Assembly (NCBI RefSeq): GCF_032191835.1
Contig: NC_083232.1
Span: 92,752,001 to 92,816,000 of the forward strand
Length of the DNA: 64,000 nt
Direction: 5' to 3'
Source: Heteronotia binoei
Lineage: Eukaryota
Every line of letters starts with the position of its first letter. The first letter of the stretch is position 1. Below, piece after piece: positions 46,624-58,695 of the stretch. The notes beneath the pieces were generated by a model, which searched no databases, had not been told where the DNA came from, and saw nothing but the letters and a program-made list of their open reading frames with translations. Made by a program: the position numbers and the translations under genes.

Positions 46624-47100
46624 AATCCCTTGGTAAGTTCTCCTTTTAGCCACTGCAGGAGATTGGCTTTGGCATCTTCCCCTATCAGGTCTGGATCAGA
46701 TTCACTGGCTCTCTGTCCCAAAGGAGCCCCCAATCGTCTAGGCATGCCTGGGTCATTGTAAGAATGTTCTAGCCCTTCAGCCATCTTGATAGAGGGAGGC
46801 TGCAAAAACCAAAGTAAAAGCAGCAGTGCAGGTATTAGTGAGACTAAGCCAGAAAAAGGTTGCCCCAGACTTATTTCTTCTTTCATCCCTCCAAAGGGAG
46901 AGGGGATACTCGTTCCCTTACCTCTCCATGCATTCACTATACACCTTCGAACCTGGGGCCTTCTGCAGGCCAAGTAGAGGCTCCTCCACTCAGACACAGC
47001 CTCTTTCCTCCCGGTTGCATTTTTCTCCAGTCCTCCCACCCAGACTATGGGGGGGGAGCTTTTCCGCTCTGGAGAAGCCCGTCCCCTCCTCCCTTCCCAC
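46624..47100 (-). mobile_element. 5' part of the same DIRS element (ORF1 start)
   Basis: ATG at 46784: MAEGLEHSYNDPGMPRRLG...LLQWLKGELTKGF joins in frame with 44021 and below across the empty TA site. The 5' boundary is uncertain. Confidence 0.7.
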
Positions 47101-47789
47101 CAGCCGCCGAAGCCTCTTACAGCTTCATACCATCTGAGCAGCTATGGCTGAGGCTGTTGGCGTCGCAGTCATCTGTGGAGCACTGCTAATGTGGTGCTGC
47201 GTAGAACCACGTGACAGGCTCCCCGCTTCCCGCTCAAACAATGAAGCGGGGGCAGGGGGAGAGGCCCGACTCCATGTAGGGCTCTGCACAGGAGTCCGTC
47301 TGCCAGCTGACCTTGTCAGGGCCAAACCTGATTGGAAAACCAATCCTGTGTAGGAGGAAGAGCCTAATCCCATCAGTGAGCAACTTTCCCACTTCTAAGA
47401 ACTACCGGAGAACTACTCGGGTGAGAGGAGTCTCTCCAACAGCTCCTCCAGAGGAAAGGAGGTCCTTATATCCAATGTGACCAGAGGGATGGGAAATCCC
47501 TATATCCTTAGACTAGGGGTGTGGCAAGTCTCCGGTGAGAAGGCTAATGAAGAGAGCTCTTCCCGGAGACCCTCACCCACGCATGCCCCTAAGTCAAGTC
47601 ACTTTGACTCCTCTCTTGTTTATTGCTCATTTTATTGTCATTATGATTTCAGGCCCTACAGAGGAGAGGTGCAGCAAGGTTGAACCACTGCAGGGGAACA
47701 TAGGCAATCCCAAGGATGGGAGACGGATCCAAAGAAAATACAGGGTCCTGCTCAACGGGGGTGGTAGGGGTTGGACCGGTCAGACATGT

Positions 47790-48200
47790 ACCTTAGAAAG
47801 TGCTGAATGTGATAGCTGCCTTACAGGCGCCTCCCTCCAAGAGTGAGGCACAACCTATCATTGGCTTGAGGGGCTTCTGGAGACACCCAACTTACCAGGA
47901 GGCAAGAGAGAAAGCTCAGCTGAAATGGGGGGAGCATCAGCAGGCAGCCCTAGCAGATGTGAAGTCTGCTGCAGAAGCTGCTATGCCCTCAGGTCCTTGA
48001 ATGAAAGGACTGCCAATTGAGCTACAAGTATCTCCTGATCAAGAGGGGGCTGTATTGAGTTCATGGCAGAAGGGACAGGGAGAAAAGCGTGTGCCATTAG
48101 GCTTTTGGTCACAGAGGCTGTGAGACACTGCGGAAAACTATTTTCCCTTTGAACCCCAATTGCTTGCATGCTACTGGGCTCCAGTTGAAACGGAGAGACG
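47790..48200 (+). mobile_element. Class III (ERV-L-like) endogenous retrovirus pol fragment
   Basis: LQAPPSKSEAQPIIGLRGFWR..TYQEAREKAQLKWGEHQQAAL...PLGFWSQRL.DTAENYFPFEPQLLACYWAPVETER parallels ERV-L 'PTTKKEAQRLVGLFGFWR...PLGFWSKAL...NYSPFEKQLLACYWALVETE'. Confidence 0.85.
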
Positions 48201-48459
48201 CCCGGTTGATCCCGGGACAGAAGGGATGGCTCCTGGATATCGAGTAAAGCACCAGGAGCTATTTATTGGGTGGCCATAACCGGACAACTTCTATAGGCTT
48301 AGAAGTAGCAAGGAAGAATAACACGTTTCTATGTATCTTTTTCAGATGGCGGAGCACCTCAATTCAATGTGTCAATATGTTTTCTTTGTCCATATGACTA
48401 TTTTTGTTGTTCATTGTAGCAGAACACAGGAAAGAATGGGCGATCACCAAGGGGTGGAA

Positions 48460-48969
48460 GGTAGTGGGAAATGCGGAAGATCTCTGTACATCGAGGAGAT
48501 AGGAGTGGTGACTCACTCATTCTGACCCCTGTGTCTCCAAATGACAGCACCAAGCTGCAAAGGGTTAATTGCCCTTATCTAGTCTTATGTTTCTTCAGCT
48601 GGTGATGCTGTGGAACCTCACAGATGAACCAGTCCCAGCTGAAGCTGATTATTCCAGGAAGTATCAATGCATCCTAAGTGAGCGAGGTTTGGGGGAGCTT
48701 TTGTGTTCTGTGCAGGAGCTGAGGGAACCGCTGCCTGACGACTGACAGACGCTCGAGGAACGGACGCTTGCTGAGAGGGAGAACAAGAGGAACCTCCCCA
48801 GCAAAAGGGACAAGCTCACTCGTGAGAAGCGTATTTGTGTTGTAAACGTCGAGCTAGTTTTGACCTTGTAAACTTTGGGTTAGATTGTCTTTGTGATGTA
48901 AATAAAACCTGTTTTCTCTTCACAAACTTGTATTTGCCTGCTGAAGTTTAAAGAACATGGGCATTTACA
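48460..48969 (+). mobile_element. ERV 3' LTR (~510 bp)
   Basis: It is preceded by the polypurine tract AAGGGGTGGA, starts (G/T)GTAGTGGG, contains AATAAA and ends TTACA. Confidence 0.7.
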
Positions 48970-51900
48970 CCCCTCTGCTTTCAAAGCTGGTTCCTCCCTG
49001 GCATCAGTCCTGCGATTGCCAAAATCTAGAGTCCAGCCAGTATAGCCAATACGGCACATCTAATGGCACAGCTACAAGAACTGCCCCATAGTCAAAACTG
49101 ATGCTGGAACAAAAGCTGCATCACCCAATTCCATGGTATTTCTACCTTCGATTAAATAATGTGAAGGCTCCCATTCAAACTTTGAAAAATTTAACGCCCT
49201 CCATTTCTGAAACACTCATAGACAACATGGGACACAACTCCAAAGGTTTGACTTCCAATAGTAACAACATTTGAGTTCAACAAGATGCTGACAAAGTCTT
49301 ACGTTTTTTCATGACAATGGCAGACAGATTACAAAACTATGATTACCAGTGACCAATGGAATCAAATTTGGTCTTCTCCAAATTTGGTTAAACTCTCCAA
49401 TCATTATTATGATGAAACGGCAGTATTACAAAATCCTCACTCGTTGGTCCCTTACGTCCAAGAAACTGGCTTTAATCTCACCCGCTCATTCTCCCTTGCG
49501 TTAGAAGCAATGTGGGTACTTAGGCTCCTGTGGCACATTGCTGGTGGGCTGCAAAGTTATAGAAACCTTTTGGCATGACATTCTTCTACAAATACAGCTG
49601 CTTATCACAGAATACAGGACTTCACTCTCACAGGAAGGGATCTTCCTTAACATCTGGCAGGATAAATCCGGACAATCAGGTGGGACTTAATACTGAGCCT
49701 TGTATATACACGCAAAAACATATATATAGAGGCCTTTTGGGTTGCAAGGCCTGCTCCCGGGAGATTTCCCTGCAAAGGAGTCTTTGCAAGGTCAGATTTT
49801 TTCCCCTTTCAGAACAACATGGGCATAATCAGAAATGCCTCTGGCGATTACTATTTTATAGTAAGAGCTGTTCAACAGTGGAATCAGCCACCTAGAGAGG
49901 TCGTGAGCTCCCCCTCACTGGCTGTCTTCAAGCAGCAGCTGGACAAACCCTTGTCAGGGGGATGCACTAGGCCCATCCTTATTGAGCAGGGAGTTGGACT
50001 AATGGCCTGTTTGGTCCCAACCAACTCTGTGATTCTATGATCTCCAGAACAAAATTCGAGCCCAGGAACGTCTTCTAGACCAACAAAAATGTTGTGAGTC
50101 AAAGCTCACTTCATCCAGTATCTTTCCAGAGTATAGCTCTTCTTCACATTTGGATTAATAAAAGTTTATGCCCTGAAAAGTTTTGATCCTTTTTGAGGCA
50201 GCTGAATGGGCTTGAATCTTGTTCTGCTAACTCTGGATTCGCCAGCCTTTCTGAGCCTGCAGCCACATCAGGAATCCCAGCACAGGGCAGCAGGAACAAC
50301 CACAACACGGCTGTTGCAGGAGTCGAAGCCAGTCACAAAATAACAGCCAGTAGTGCAGTTATGTTTAACTATAATAGTAACACTGCAACATTTCAAGCAA
50401 AAGCTCTATCCAGTTTGCTGCAGTGGTTAAGTGCACGGACTCTTTTCCCGGAGAACCAGTTTTGATTCCCCACTCCCCCATTTGCAGCTCTTGGAATGGC
50501 CTTGGGTTCAGCCACAGCTTTTGTAGGAGTTGTTCTTGAAAGGGCAGCTGCTATAAGAGCTCACTCTGCTCCACCCACCACACAGGGTGTCTGTGGTGGA
50601 GGGGGCAGGCAGGACGGTAAAGGAGGTAGTAACCGTTTGAGACTCTTGAGATTCAGAGTACAGGGCAGGATATAAATCCAATATCTTCTTCACTCAAATT
50701 TTATCATGGCACCAAGCCAGTAAAAACAGTAACTATGATAACCAGTATGGACAAATTTGTTAAAATATAAAAACCATAGTCCAAGTTTAAATAATGTTTT
50801 CTTTTTGGATGCAGTAATGAGATGCACAAAATTTAGCTACAGTTTGATTAGCATCTGATTTTTATTTGAAAGTGGATAATTGGCATAAGCTACACTTTCC
50901 CCCAGCAAGCTGGGTATTCATTTTACTGACCTCAGAAGGATGGAAGGCTGAATCAACCTTCAGCCGGCTACCTGAACCCAGCTTCCACTGGGATTGAACT
51001 CAGGTCATAAGCAGAGCTTGCACTGCAGTACTGCAGCTTTACCACTCTGCACCACCGGGGAAGGCAATGGCAAACCAGCCCATTAAAAAGACTGCCAAGA
51101 AAACATGATGTGGCATCACCCCATGGGTCGGAAAGAACGTGATTCTTGCACAGGGGACTACCTTTATCTTTTAATTGACATAATCAGAGTCCGTTAGACC
51201 AGGCATTACCTTAAGCAGGGGTAAAATATATTTGTCGCAAACCAACTTATACCCTGGGCACCTGAGGAACACGTGTTCAATGGTATCAACTTCCCCCAAA
51301 TCACACTGACAAAGTCTCTGATTGAAAAGTATCTTCCTGTATCTCCCCTCAAGCACAGCCGAGGGAAGGGCCGAGCAGCTTGCTAGGGTGAAGGCTTTTC
51401 TCTTCTTGTGGTCATCTAAGTTGGAAAGGTAAGCAGGAGGGACAAGTCAGTACCTGATTTGCTCAGGTGCTAAATAGGCTGGGTGTTAAGCAAGACTGGA
51501 GTGTCTCTGTGTGTCCATTACTCTTTAATTTTTTTTGTAGCAGGAGCTCCTTTGCATATTAGGCTACAGCCAGCTAATGTAGCCCATCCTCCAAGAGCTT
51601 ACACGGCTCTTCTTACAGGGTCTATTGGAAGCTCTAGGAGGAATGGCTACATCAAAGGGGTGTAGCCTAATATGCAAAGAAGTTCCTGCTCCTTTGCTCC
51701 AAAAAAACCCCCTGGTTTCAGCACTGCCTTGGCCTGATCCCTGCTAAAGGCCAAAACAGCTTGGGGAGGAACTCCAAGAAAATTTAGTTTCTTCTGGACT
51801 GCCTTCAACCACTTAGATTGAAAATCATCTAATATCAGAGTTGATGTTAAGCCAGTACCTAAGGGAAGCCAGGGTAACTCTAGCTTCTACCGTTTTCAGT

Positions 51901-54900
51901 CTGATCACAGCAATAGACACACCTCTTGGGACCTGAAGAGCACCCCTTAAGGATTTAGCCCGAACCCATTTGAGAGGAAGAAACGATGAAGATGAAGATG
52001 AGGGGTCCAGAAAAAACACCATAAGCATTTGAGAAATTACTTTCGGCTGAAATAATATTTGTGCTGCTGGTATGAAATGGGCATCTTTTGGGCATAGAAA
52101 TTTATGTATCACATTTTGCAGCTCTTTCTCCTTGTACTGCTACAAATTCATTACGGGCGTTCCTTGCCCCAGAGGCTTCAAGGGCCATGCCCAGATATTA
52201 GTAGCTAGATGTCTGCTCTAATGGATGTCCATCAATAGCCCAGAATATCTTCTGTTGCCTATTTCCAAAACCATAAATTTGGCTATTTCTAATTTCTTAA
52301 GGCTGATTGGTGTCCTAGCTAGGATCACCACGTCATCTGCACATAGGAGAATAGAGATGTGCTGTTGGTGTATTTTAGGAGGGTGTAAANNNNNNNNNNN
52401 NNNNNNNNNNNNNNNNNNNNNNNNNNNNNNNNNNNNNNNNNNNNNNNNNNNNNNNNNNNNNNNNNNNNNNNNNNNNNNNNNNNNNNNNNNNNNNNNNNNN
52501 NNNNNNNNNNNNNNNNNNNNNNNNNNNNNNNNNNNNNNNNNNCTCTAGGGTCATCTAGTCCAACCCCCTGAATAAAGCAGAAACTCACAAACACCGCCCC
52601 CTAAATTCATAGGATCTTCATTGTCAGATGGCCATCTAGCCTCTGTTTAAAACACTCCAAGGAAGGAGGGCCCACCACCTCCCCAGGAAGCCTGTTCCAC
52701 TGAGGAATCGCTTTAACTGTCAGGAAATTCTTCCTAACGTTGAGCCATAAACTCTTTTGATTTAATTTCAACCTATTGGTTCTGGCCCTACCTTCCGGGA
52801 CCACAGAAAACAATTCCACACCATCCTCTATATGAAGGAAGGGAGGGAGTAAGGAAGGAGAGAGGGAGGGAGGGGAGGCAGAAAGAAAGCAACTTTAACT
52901 TTAAATGCATTCTCCAAGCCATTGGTGGTGGGGACTGTGAGATCCACATGATATGTGTGAAAGAACCACAGGTAGCTCCTGAGCCACAATATGGCCACCC
53001 CTGATGTAGTCAAGCATTCTCTTTACAACAACATCAAAGCAAGATGTCTTCATGGCCACAAAGTCCCTTCCTTGCTCTCTACCCTCAGCAATGAGGGTTC
53101 AGCAGAATATTGTTTCCATCCATGAGAGTTTCAGTTATGATAACTAATACCAGATACATCTTTTCTCCATGCATCTGTCAGATAAAACCATCTCCGCCAT
53201 TGGCCATCACCTTGTCTTGGAGTAGGAAACCCCCATGAGCTAATTAAGTGATGTAATATAAATTCTGGGAGGGGGAAGGGGGCTTTCAGCAAATAGTATT
53301 TATGACGAGGAACCATGTCAGGCCTTTGAAATATTTCTGCCTCTGAAGAAGAAGCAGATCATGAAAGCGTTTCAGAAGGTGGGTGCAGGCTGCATCGGAG
53401 AACTGCGTGAAGATCTTCCGTTCCAGAAGCAGAAAGAGAAGGCCATAAAATTAAAGAGATTGGGGGGAGAGGGAGGTTTTCAAAAACATTCACTTGCTAC
53501 ATAAATTCATTGCAGAAAGTAACCCACAGCATCACCTCCTGCCAATCTCATTTGGTTTCTCTCTTCCCAGGGATGAGGCCAGGAAACGGAAACATTAGCA
53601 CACCTCTATAGTCCAAGGATAGGCAATCTATGCGCCCCCCCGCCCACCCCACACAGAAATACCATGGCTACATGACCATTTTGGTGTCTAGGGAATAATG
53701 GAAAGAAATGACAGCTGTGCTTGGCCAAAGACAATGGGGGCAAGCCAACTCCCAGCTCATGCTCAACACAGCTGCTTCTGTGTGTGCCCAAAAGCCAGTG
53801 ATGACCATAAGCTGCATCTGTCACCTTCTCCTAGGCCACTGTCCTCAGTGGTGCTCAGCTGGATTGCGCAGGAAGAGAACGAGCCCTGCTTGCGGAGAGG
53901 AATAGTCTGGTGTGCATCTCTTTGGAATTGGGTTGCCTGTTCCTGCTCTGGAAGTACATTTCACTCCTCTACTCATAGTCTCTGCTCCCCACCACCACCA
54001 CCAAATCAGCTGCCAGCACAATGGATAGGCAACTTCCTTGCAACTGTAGAAGAACCCAGGACATTACCCCAACATCTTCCCTCCTCTGCCTTTTGCAGGG
54101 ATGAAGGTCTAAGCTTTCTGGCAGTGGTCTATGTCAGGGGTGGCCAAGGGTAGCTCTCCAGATATTTTTAGNNNNNNNNNNNNNNNNNNNNNNNNNNNNN
54201 NNNNNNNNNNNNNNNNNNNNNNNNNNNNNNNNNNNNNNNNNNNNNNNNNNNNNNNNNNNNNNNNNNNNNNNNNNNNNNNNNNNNNNNNNNNNNNNNNNNN
54301 NNNNNNNNNNNNNNNNNNNNNNNNNNNNNNNNNNNNNNNNNNNNNNNNNNNNNNNNNNNNNNNNNNNNNNNNNNNNNNNNNNNNNNNNNNNNNNNNNNNN
54401 NNNNNNNNNNNNNNNNNNNNNNNNNNNNNNNNNNNNNNNNNNNNNNNNNNNNNNNNNNNNNNNNNNNNNNNNNNNNNGGTGGAAAGAAAGGAATTTTAAC
54501 TTTAAATGCATTCTCCAAGTCAGCGGCTGGCTTGGCGTGTAGAAGCGATTTAAAGAGACAAATGCCTTCTCCAAGCTAGCCAATGGGGTTGTGGGAGCTT
54601 TGAGACTGGCTATTCAACATTACAAAATATGAACTGCACAGAGATTTTCAGCCTTCAATCATTAAGCCTCAAAACTGCTAAACATCTTTTGGTTCTGCCA
54701 TCAAGCTGCAGCCACTTACAGCAACCCCCGTAGAATTTTCAAGGCCAGAGACACGTAGAAGCGGCTGCCTCTGTGTAGAGACCGTGGAATCCCTTGGTGG
54801 TCTCCATGCAAATACTAATCCTAGCTGATCTGGCTTAGCATCTGAGATCTAGTAAGATGGGGCCAGCCTGGGCTATGCGGATCACGGCAAACCTCCTAGC

Positions 54901-55811
54901 GGAAAGGGCCATCATGTCAAAGATGACTTAAGACGCCCCGTGGGGTTCTCAGGTCAAGAGAAGCTGAGGGGTGGTTTGCCGCTGCCTGCCCCCACATCAC
55001 ACCCCTGGTATGCCTTGGAGGTCTCCCATCCAAATACTAGCTGGCTTCGCTTCTGCGATCTGATGAGATCAGGCTACCGTGGGCTACCCAAATCAAAGTA
55101 AACATCCTTGTAAAGGGTGACAAAAATCTCTAGAATAACTCTCTTAATCTTATGGAATGAGACACCCACACACACACGCAGAAACACACACACACCCTCC
55201 CCGCTTAGCATCGTGCTGCAGAGGATAAAAAACAACCCTAATCCAGGGAGGGAATAGAGAGCAGCTCCAGGGCATGGCTCTTTTGGGTTCTTATCGCCTT
55301 AAGACTGCAATCACGCACGCTAAATAATGCAGCTTCAATCCACTTTTATTGCAATTTCCAACTGGATTTTGCCGTGTGAACTGGCAAGACCCAGTATGAG
55401 ACTGCACTGAAAGTGGATTGAAATGGCACTATTTAGCATGTGTGATGGCAGCCAAAGTTTCACTGTCCCCGTCAGGGGTTGTGGGGAAATAGGAGCAGGA
55501 GAGCTATCGCATCCTGGGCTGAGTCCAGGCCCAAAAGACTGGGGTGTGCATTATTTCACTAGCGACACCGATGGGGAAGGGATTCCTGGTCAGCATGAAG
55601 CAATCTTCTGACCAAGATTCAGTGACTGAAAAGCCCCTTCCTTCCATTTTATGCTTCTGCAGCAGCAACGGACGGGGTGGATTCCCCACAGGTGGAAAAC
55701 TCCAGAACCCATTGTGATGCTGCCTCGGAACCTGGCCGGGCTGGGCAGATGGGAGATTCACCCACAGCCAACTGCCATTTGATGCCAGGGCTTTGTCGAG
55801 GAGACAGTTAC
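48679..55811 (+). repeat. Segmental duplication, copy 2 (~7.1 kb)
   Basis: Colinear with 24511-31603; it ends at the N-gap 55812-55911. Confidence 0.95.
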
Positions 55812-55911
55812 NNNNNNNNNNNNNNNNNNNNNNNNNNNNNNNNNNNNNNNNNNNNNNNNNNNNNNNNNNNNNNNNNNNNNNNNNNNNNNNNNNNNNNNNN
55901 NNNNNNNNNNN

Positions 55912-57040
55912 CTTCTCTGAGAGGTACTCTATTTGTAGATCTTAGTATTTCATGATCTTCTCCTGTTCTTTCTTTTCTATTCTGCTGTCTCCTGGATTGC
56001 AATGTTAATGGCCCAAACCCTATTTCTCATTTTCCCCCCCCACAATTGAAATATCAGGGGTATTATGCTCCAGATGTTTATCTGGCGCAGAGCCCGTGGC
56101 ACAGAATGGTAAAGTTGCAGTACTGCAGTCTGAGTTCTCTGCTCGTGACCTGAGTTTGATCCCGACGGAAGGTGGGGTCATGTAGTCAGCTCGAGGTTGA
56201 CTCAGCCTTCCATCTTTCCGAGGTTGGTAAAATGAGGACCCAGCTAGCTGGGGGTGGGGGGGAAGTGTAGATGACTGGGGAAGACAAAGGCAAACCACCC
56301 CATAAAAAGTCTGCCGTGAAAACATTGTGACGCAACGTCACCCCAGAGTCAGAAACGACTGATGCTTGCACAGGGGACTACCTTTAGCTTTTTTGTTTAT
56401 CTGTTTGCTATTGGATGCCCCAAGGAATCTTGGTTTAATCATTCTCCATGATCTTATCTGGTTTGTGCTCCCATGGATTTCTGGCTGATGGTAAGCTGTA
56501 CTTCTTGCAAGGATTCCAGTGCAACACAGCTGCAATGCTATCATGACAGTTTGAGCAAATTTACTGCAGGCACTGACCACACGGCCAATTGTTTCATCCT
56601 TTGTCTTGCAAAATCAGCATTTGGTGTCATCACACGTCTTTTGAATCCTGTCTTTCATGCTTTTTTATTTTAAGTCCCCGTTCTTATGCAACTAGAATGA
56701 GTCTTCCTTCCATTTCTTTCAAGTGCCCATCTTGGAGCCACTTCCAAGTGTTTTCATTATCAACATTATCAATATTGCCCATACGAGTGCTTTTCCTTCC
56801 ATTTGTTAAAGTGAGTTCTGGTTGCAACCTTTTTGAAGATTTCTTTGCTTTCTGTAACCTTAAGTAAGTCTGCCTTGTACTCTTCAACCAGGAGGTTCTC
56901 CTTTTTTTTCTTGTTTTTCTTCTCCACCTGCTTGCTCATCTTTCAGGTGACCTCTGCCACCTTATTTTCTTGATAAGTAAAGACTATCAACATCACGTCT
57001 AGGGTGCAGCGAGTGATGCATCATCATTATCTTGTGAATT
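55912..57040 (-). mobile_element. R4/Dong-clade non-LTR retrotransposon 3' fragment with a restriction-like endonuclease region
   Basis: Minus-strand TWKWLQDGHLKEMEGRLILVA, SACSKFAQT..VLHWNPCKKYSLP..NPWEHKPDKIMEND, and INIAIQ/PGDSRIEKKEQEK..KY.DLQIE-like motifs. Confidence 0.85.
56088..56390 (+). mobile_element. Full-length Sauria SINE inserted in the R4 fragment
   Basis: AGAGCCCGTGGCACAGAATGGTAAAGTTGCAGTACTGCAG...GCACAGGGGACTACCTTT. Confidence 0.9.
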
Positions 57041-58304
57041 TGGGGGTCTGTTGCTTCTAATTCTGCTTGTTTCCAATTAATAATGCCAGCTTTCAAGGTT
57101 GTTTACGTTGTTGTTGTTATCGCCGTCATCTATATATTTTAAATTCTACTCTATTTCGTAATCCCCTCATTAAAAAAAATTAAGCTTTTCTTTCCACGTA
57201 GCTGCCGCTGAGAAGAAAAACGCATTCCCTAAATATAATCTGAGATTTTAAAAGCAGATTTACCCAGGCCTTCTTTTGTAGCAGGAACTCCTTTGCATAT
57301 TAGGCCACACATCCCTGATTTAGCCAATCCTCCTGGAGTTTACAGGGCTCTTAATTCAGGGCCTACTAAGCTCTTAATTCAGGGCCTACTAAACTCTAGG
57401 AGGATTGGCTACTTTGAGGGGGTGTGGCCTAATATGCAAAGGAGTTCCTGATACAAAAAAATGTCCTGGATTTACCACAGTTGCTGTTGCAGCACCCCCA
57501 GGCTTCTGCTTTTGTCAGATCAAGCAATGGATTCCCCACCAGTTGCTGTGAGAGCGCATTTTGACCTGCAGCTCCCTCCAATTCCCCACAAACCTTCCCA
57601 ATCTCGGGGAAAAAAAACACGATTGGAAAGTGCAGGGAGAACTGGAAGGAGGGATGGAATTTCAGGATGGCACAGAGTTCCCCCTTAGTTTCATAGTTCT
57701 TATAGGAGCTGTGTTTACTAACCTTGGTGTCAGGGGAAAAAGAGATTAATAATGATGCAAACATCAGTCAGTTATTTATGTGATACTTGTGTGTTTCCTT
57801 CTCCCACTGGTGCAAAAAACGTATTTAGAAGGTTCTAGATTGAATATCACCAACTCAACGACACCATCAGCTTGGCAATGCAGCAAAGGCCCATGGCATT
57901 AATGATTGTGAGTGTGTTACTGCAATTGTATGATTAGCTAATCTGTCTTTTCCAATAAAGGCCTATTGAATTTTAGCTCAGTTTCCTCACCTCATTTGGG
58001 ACTCTGGGGAATTCTGACTCCCATAGACATCGGTTGTTGATTCTGCCATAGTCAATTGCCTATTAATTTAATTCCCCAATTCGATCTCAGAGGTCTATTT
58101 GGCTAACAAAATAATGGGTTCACACCTGATCAGGGTATGAGGGCTAGCACTGTTGGCAATAGTAGGGGAAATATCACCAGGAGAACAATGAACACCTCTT
58201 TACCTGACCTTAAATAGTCCTTGGTGGGTAGTTAATGGGGGGTCTTTAGGAGACCATGGCTTCTGGCTCACACCTGAGCCATACTTTGGCCACCTTTGTT
58301 ATAG

Positions 58305-58695
58305 AAGAAGAAGATATTTGGATTTATATCCCACCCTCCACTCTGAATCTGAGTCTCAGAGCGGCTCACAATCTCCTTTACCTCCCCTCCTCCACACAAC
58401 AGACACCTTGTGAGGTAGAAGAAGATATTGGATTTATATCCCTCCCTCCACTCTGAATCTCAGAGTCTCAGAGCGGCTCACAATCTCCTTTATCTTCCTC
58501 CCCCACAACAGACACCCTGTGAGGTGGGTGGGGCTGGAGAGGGCTCTCACAGCAGCTGCCCTTTCAAGGACAACCTCTGCCAGAGCTATGGGCTGACCCA
58601 AGGCCATTCCAGCAGGTGCAAGTGGAGGAGTGGGGAATCCAACCCGGTTCTCCCAGATAAGAGCCCGCACACTTAACTACTACACCAAACTGACT
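58305..58695 (-). mobile_element. Squam3C-like SINE with a duplicated tail segment
   Basis: GAAGAAGATATT(T)GGATTTATATCCC..CTCCACTCTGAATCT occurs twice (near 58308 and 58418). Confidence 0.85.

Noticed and set aside
20135-55811. CRISPR-like or prokaryotic system suggested by the recurring repeats
   Set aside because: The repeats are hundreds to thousands of bases of eukaryotic duplication and SINE sequence; there is no short repeat-spacer array, operon or bacterial gene.
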